From Eledone cirrhosa (Eukaryota): 64,000 nt of DNA. A program made the position numbers and the translations under genes. The notes below the pieces were generated by a model. It worked only from the letters and a program-made list of their open reading frames with translations, was not told the origin of the DNA and made no database searches. The stretch is from positions 262,012,001 to 262,076,000 of the forward strand of contig OZ024740.1 of the NCBI GenBank assembly GCA_964016885.1. The letters are read 5' to 3'. Of this stretch, positions 58,791 to 64,000 are shown in pieces (the stretch's first letter is position 1; the number at the start of each line of letters is the position of its first letter).

Positions 58791-61741
58791 TCAACAAAAT
58801 GCTGGGAAGAGAGCACTTCCCTCTCTACTCTGATTTTCCTTTTCACCGAAGAGGTAAGTGCTCGTCTTCAGCCCTTTCAAACGTGTCCACCATACTATCT
58901 CTTTCGCCATGGCCACCAGACAGATAAAAACTGCCTGCCCTTCCCGGCTAAAGGAGGAGGGCGGGGCAATCCTCACGATGGGCTCAGATGATAGCCGGAT
59001 CCGTCCTAAACGCGACAGCAGGTGTTCGACATAAACCCACAAGTCAGCAATTTTCGGACACTGGACGAGTGCGTGCAGGACGGTTTCGTCGCCCTGCACG
59101 CATCTCGGACATGCCCGGCTGACGGCACCTCCATGCCTGTAGAGTTTATCCCGAACTGGCAAGGCTCCTCGGTAGCACTGCCAGGCCAGAGATTTCTGAA
59201 AGTTGTCCATAGGCCCTGGCCCGAAAGTTCTTCCGAAGAGATTGGCTAGTTGATTTTCGTCGACGCCTATAGTTTCCCCAAGTACGACGTCGCTCTTTCC
59301 CTCCACTAATCCTCTATAGAACGCCGAGGTGGAGTTTCCACCGATCACATTGCCCGATTGGTCGAGGGCTGTGAGCGCCTGAAGACATTCCAGTCTCCAG
59401 GCGCTCCCTCTCGGTCTTCGCTTGACCCAGGACTGCAGCTCCGTCAAGGAAACGAGCTGGGGAAATACGTGTCTAGCAAACGGCGACCACACCTGATCAC
59501 CGTCGAGGAAGAGGTGGAGATGTCGTAGCCTGAGCGCGTGCCTGCGCATCATCAGCCACGGCATGCCCAGCCCTCCACGTAGCGGGTGTTGACAACAGTT
59601 TCCTGGTTGATCATTGCTCCTGTCACCGCTTCGTATTCTCTTAGTGTAGTGCCGATCGCCTCGATGTGTTTGGCGTTCGACACCACTACGGTGACATCGT
59701 CCGCATATATTGACACGGATCTTCCGCATCCTAGTTCGCGCGGGACTCCCCTCAACGTCTCCAGTTTGTGCAGTAATGGCTCGAGAGTCAATACGTACAA
59801 GAGGGACGAGAGGGGACATCCTTGGCGGACCGAGCGCATGATGTTGAACGGTTCCGACAGGTGACCGTTCACTCTCACTACAGAGCAGATGTCGCTGTGC
59901 ATGGCAGCGATCCAGCCTCTGAAGATGGGCCCAAAGCCAGCCGCCCTCAGGACTGCCGCTAGGTAACGATGGTCGACCCTATCGAAAGCTTTCGACTGAT
60001 CTAAATTGATCAAGGACCCACCCGTGCCAGGTTCCTTAGCTACCCTCTCTATGATGTATCGCATGAGGTGGAGGTTGTCGTGGATGGATCTGTCGGGAAT
60101 GGCGCATGTCTGCGCCTCTCCCACCAGACCACCAACGACAAGCGCCAACCTCTTTGCTAGCACCTTGGTCAAAATCTTGAACTCTGTGTTTAGCAGAGTT
60201 ATGTGCCGGAAATTATCTATGTTATCCCCCTTGTTCGGATCCTTTCTCAGCAGTGCCACCGCTCCTCGGCTCACAGAACTGGGAATTCTCCCGTTCTGTT
60301 GCCAGTTGCAGTAGACGTCCGCCAAGAGGCATCCGAACAAGTCTGGCATCTGTACGTAAAGTTCATAGGGCAGACCATCCCTTGTGCAGCCAGTCATTGC
60401 CTCCCTTACTTCAGCGGCTGTTATCGGCTTTTCGCAACACTTCGCCTCAGTGGCTGAGAGCCGCGGCAGTCCGTCGAGGTAGACACTAAAGTCCATCCCT
60501 CTACCCGGCCCACCGCTGCCCCCGAACAGCTGAGCGAAGTGTCGCTGAAAAGCTTCACACATTTTCCTGGGATCGAGTAGCATGCGCCCGTCGTGGTCCA
60601 CCAAAGACTGGATCGTGGCTTTGTTGCCACGACGCGCCTCCGCCACTCGGGCCCATTGAACGGCTTTCGTCCCCTCGTGTCTGAGAGCACGCACCCTTGC
60701 TCTGACTACGCAGCCTTCGTGCTTTGCATTGAAGAATTGGTCAAGGGCCAATTTCGCCGCAAGCACGTCGGTTGCAATGCCTTTGCTAAGCGCCTCGTCT
60801 AATTTTCTAACTAGTTCTCCCTCTGCTCTATTTTTCTCTATTGCTAAAGCCTTACTAAACCTAATCGATTCTATTCTAATCGCTCTTTTCAGAGCAAACC
60901 ACCACTTGTTGTTGACGATGGCCCCCGTCAACGCCCGCTTAACTAGTTCGCTAATCCGGTCTCTGTAGGCCTTGCGCGCTGGTAAGGACGCGTTTAGCTT
61001 CCAGTAGCCGGGTCCTCGTCTATGAAGCCTATCTAAGTCAAGCACACAGATCACGAATTTGTGGTCCGTGTAGCTGACTATCTTGAATTGTGGACAGCCT
61101 ATGCTAGACCTATCTATTTCCCTACAAAATACTCTATCTAGATATGATCTGGATGATCCTATGCGGTTTGTCCAAGTCCACATTGGCACATTCGGGAAAT
61201 CCTATCGGTACCTGTCAGACAGTTCAAAACGCCTGAGCAGGTTGGTGAGGCTCTTGCACCCTCCACCCCTATCCGCTAATCCCACACAGTCCCAGCGTGC
61301 ATCTAAGATCCCGTTCCAGTCGCCCACTAACACTAAAGAGCGGGACGTTCCAAGAAAGGTCTCCAGACGCCGGAAGAAATCAGGCCGCCCTGCTCCTGTC
61401 GGGGCATAGACGGCCACTAGCCTGAAAGCTTGCCCGTCTCCGCTGGTCACGTCCAGCACCACCAGCTTACCCTCTTTGTCCAGGAAGATGGCCCGTATGG
61501 CGAGATCCAAACCTCTCCGAAAAAGCACAGCAACTCCTCCACCCGATCCAGGACGGCTGGGAGATGCGTACACATCGTAGCCGCCGAAGATCGGTGCAAA
61601 GGCCCGTGCTTCGGAGATTCTGGTCTCGCTGATGGCCACTACATCTATGTTTAGTGACCTGAGGTCGTTGAGCAGGTGACTCTGCTTCCATGACGACCCC
61701 AAGCCACGCGCATTTATGCTGCCTATTCTGAGTGAGGTCAT
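58791..61741 (-). pseudogene. LINE ORF2 (APE endonuclease + RT + C-terminal Cys/His domain), disrupted
   Basis: SINARGL, SET, VYAP, GDWN, YLDR, TDH; DQSKAFDRV, RQGCPLS, YADD; CPRC..ETVLHAL..C; in-frame TAG at 61202-61204, KSPG motif deleted, deletion/frameshift near 59600. Confidence 0.9.
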
Positions 61742-61776
61742 GTTTAAAATAGAGTGGAAAAGATGGGAAAGACCAC

Positions 61777-63872
61777 TTACCGTACTTTTGGTAGAGGAGG
61801 GATGGTTTTTCCATCCCTTTTCACTTGATCGTCTGGTGAAGGGACCGTTGAATCGTCCCTTCGGCTGGTCGTCGGCTCTTCTAAGAGAATGTCTGAATAT
61901 AATCTTCGATTGATGGTTCCTCCTAGGTCCCTGAAATCACCAACTGCGTTGGGGAATTTCGTTTTAATGTTTGTGTATTGTTTCTGTGCTATTTTTAGCA
62001 GTCTTATGTTAGTTGGCGTTTTCATTGGTGCTGGTATTATGTAGTCCTGTTGTGAAATGTCTGTGTGTTCAATTATGTAAGTCATTAGTTTCTTGTTGTG
62101 TGTATTTATTGCCGTGCATTTGTTTTTCTGGGGGTGGGGTGTGGTTCTGCTATTTTCTTGTCGTTGTTGCTGGGTGTGTGTGTTTTGTTGTTGTGTTTGC
62201 GATGTTGGTGCTTGTGGTGGTGGTGTTGAAGGTGTTGTTGGCGGTGGGGTTGTCGCCGGTGGTGATGGTGGTGCTAGAGTGGGTGGTGATGGTGTTGGTG
62301 GTGTTGCTGCTGTGGGTCTCTTTGCAGTAGACTTTACCCTTTTCTCATTTCTTTCCTCCCTTTTCAGAGGCGACGATGCGCTGCTTCTGCGTTTGTGCCT
62401 TCTTACGACCTTTTGCCATCCCTCTCCCACCTCACACTCCATGTCTGATTCTGTGAGGTCGGGGAGGGGTACCAGCTCCACTCTTTCACTTGTTGTTGTT
62501 GGTGATGTTTGCACTGGAGTCTCTGTTGCAGCTGCATTTGGTATTGCTGTTGTTGTTGTTAATATTTCCACTGCTGTTTTTGATTTCCGTGGCGTGGGTA
62601 TGGGTGCCACGGACCTATCGTTCCTGGTTGCCGCTTGTCCTGTTGCTGGTAGCCGTGGAGCCGGATTCGGAAGGAGGGGGGTTTTCTCCTTTCTCAGGGT
62701 CTTCTCGTTGCAGAAGGCCCTGAGGTGAGTCTTCGATCCACAGCGAAAGCATTTCGGGCGTTTGCCCTCAACACGTATGGGCAGTTGAGTGCCGTTATCG
62801 AAGTCTATCACATCCGGGATAGCTGGTTGGTTTGGATTAGCATCTCAATGGAGGTGCCGACCCAATCTTCTCTTACTTTTTTCTGTACTTGCAGTACAGT
62901 TGTTTTGTCCTCGATTCCGACGAGGACAGACGCGGCCAGCCAAGAAGGGGCCATTCCGGGGGGGGGTGGGGTGGGGACGTGGGTCAGTTTGACCCTCACA
63001 ATTTTTTGTCCGCAGTAGGAGGGCACCAACACCATTTCCTCGCTCCTTAGGGTCACTACGGATTGGGCCTCTGCCTCCTGGGGTGTGGCAAAAAGTACGT
63101 CTACGGTGGCATATTTTTTGCCTCGGGTGATGTGCGTTTTCCGCTGCCACACAGACCCCAAGGCTTTTTGTATTTGGGCCTCTGTGGCTCTTTTCACCCT
63201 ACGGGATTTTGTACTTACTGTACGGTACGTGACCGTACAGTGCTGATGGGTTTCGAAAAAATTTTCCGCTGCCTTGCAGATTGCTCGGTGTCCATTCTTT
63301 GTCACCATCTTCTTCGCTTCCTCTAATTCCTCATTTGTTATGAGGATTGTTTCCAAGTTTTTCGCAATACCTGCAAATGAGATTGGTTTTTCTTTGCTGC
63401 TGTTGTTGTTGTTGTCGTCAGAGCTGCTGTTACTTTTGTTGTTGCTGCAGGTACTACGACTACTGCCTTCGCCGCTGTTGCTGTGGTTGTTGTTGGTGTT
63501 GCTGCTGCTAATGCTGTTGTTGTTTATGCTGATGATGATGCTGTTGCGGCTGCTACTGTTGTTTTCATTGTCACTGTTGCTGTTGTTATTACGGCTGCTA
63601 CTGCTATTATTCCTGACGTCAGACGAATGAACTGGGTTTTCGTATTTCCCGCACACCTGTTTCGTCGCTGTCGTCGTCGTCGTGGAGAAACCTTGCATGC
63701 TTTGCACGAGACTTTTCTTTTCTTTCGTCACTTGCGAAAGAGAAGGGAAGGAGAGAGACACATTTAAAGAAGGGAGGAAGAGAGACAATCTTCTCTCTGC
63801 TGTAGTGACGATTGAGGAAGAAGAAGACGGAATGAGTGGGAGTGACCTATGCAAATTCTTTTTCGTAGCCAT
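61777..63872 (-). pseudogene. LINE ORF1 (frameshifted near 62815) with zinc knuckle
   Basis: CFRCGSKTHLRAFC (CX2CX4HX4C), SFAGIAK and GWQKVVRR motifs; two overlapping ORFs. Confidence 0.8.
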
Positions 63873-64000
63873 GTTGTTTTTTTTTTGTTTAAAATAAATA
63901 TTGGGTACAAACCCCCAATAAGCAGTTATTTAACCCCGAGGGGCCAAATAACGGGCAGAGAGACCCCTCTCACGAGGAGGAGGGTGTTTTTGTCTACAAG

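Larger units (their letters stand above)
58464..64000 (-). mobile_element. Tx1/L1-clade LINE, near full length, ending in a (TTA)n tail (58413-58463)
   Basis: ORF1 with CCHC knuckle, ORF2 APE-RT-Cys domain. Confidence 0.92.

Noticed and set aside
59586-63897. Plus-strand ORFs over the LINE
   Set aside because: Antisense shadows of the GC-richer ORF1/ORF2

Overview
AT-rich, microsatellite-saturated eukaryotic (animal) DNA, most likely an octopod cephalopod (inferred from the tRNA-derived SINE with a Meta-like core and the (TA)n/(CA)n/(TACA)n load). It appears to be intergenic or intronic sequence with one plausible host-gene terminal exon (1589-1930, minus). Nearly all short ORFs in the ORF track are microsatellite artefacts. 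Real content: a near-complete Penelope-like element (PLE; RT + GIY-YIG, 18896-21850) plus an inverted decayed sister copy and other PLE relics; a near-full-length Tx1/L1-clade LINE (58464-64000, minus); R4/Dong-like, CRE-like and RTE LINE fragments; a tandem array of a non-autonomous bipartite RTE derivative in (TATG)n; non-autonomous Helitrons; a hAT MITE; and about a dozen SINE copies. The most striking unannotated signal is a dense set of about 16 hammerhead-ribozyme motifs (CUGANGA...GAAA...UH, most with pairable stem I) from many unrelated sequence families. They sit in short non-coding, often fold-back or tandem elements embedded in (TA)n, and these share a GAGYRCT motif about 35-70 nt before the (TA)n junction. 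All structures were folded by eye, and coordinates may be off by a few bases.
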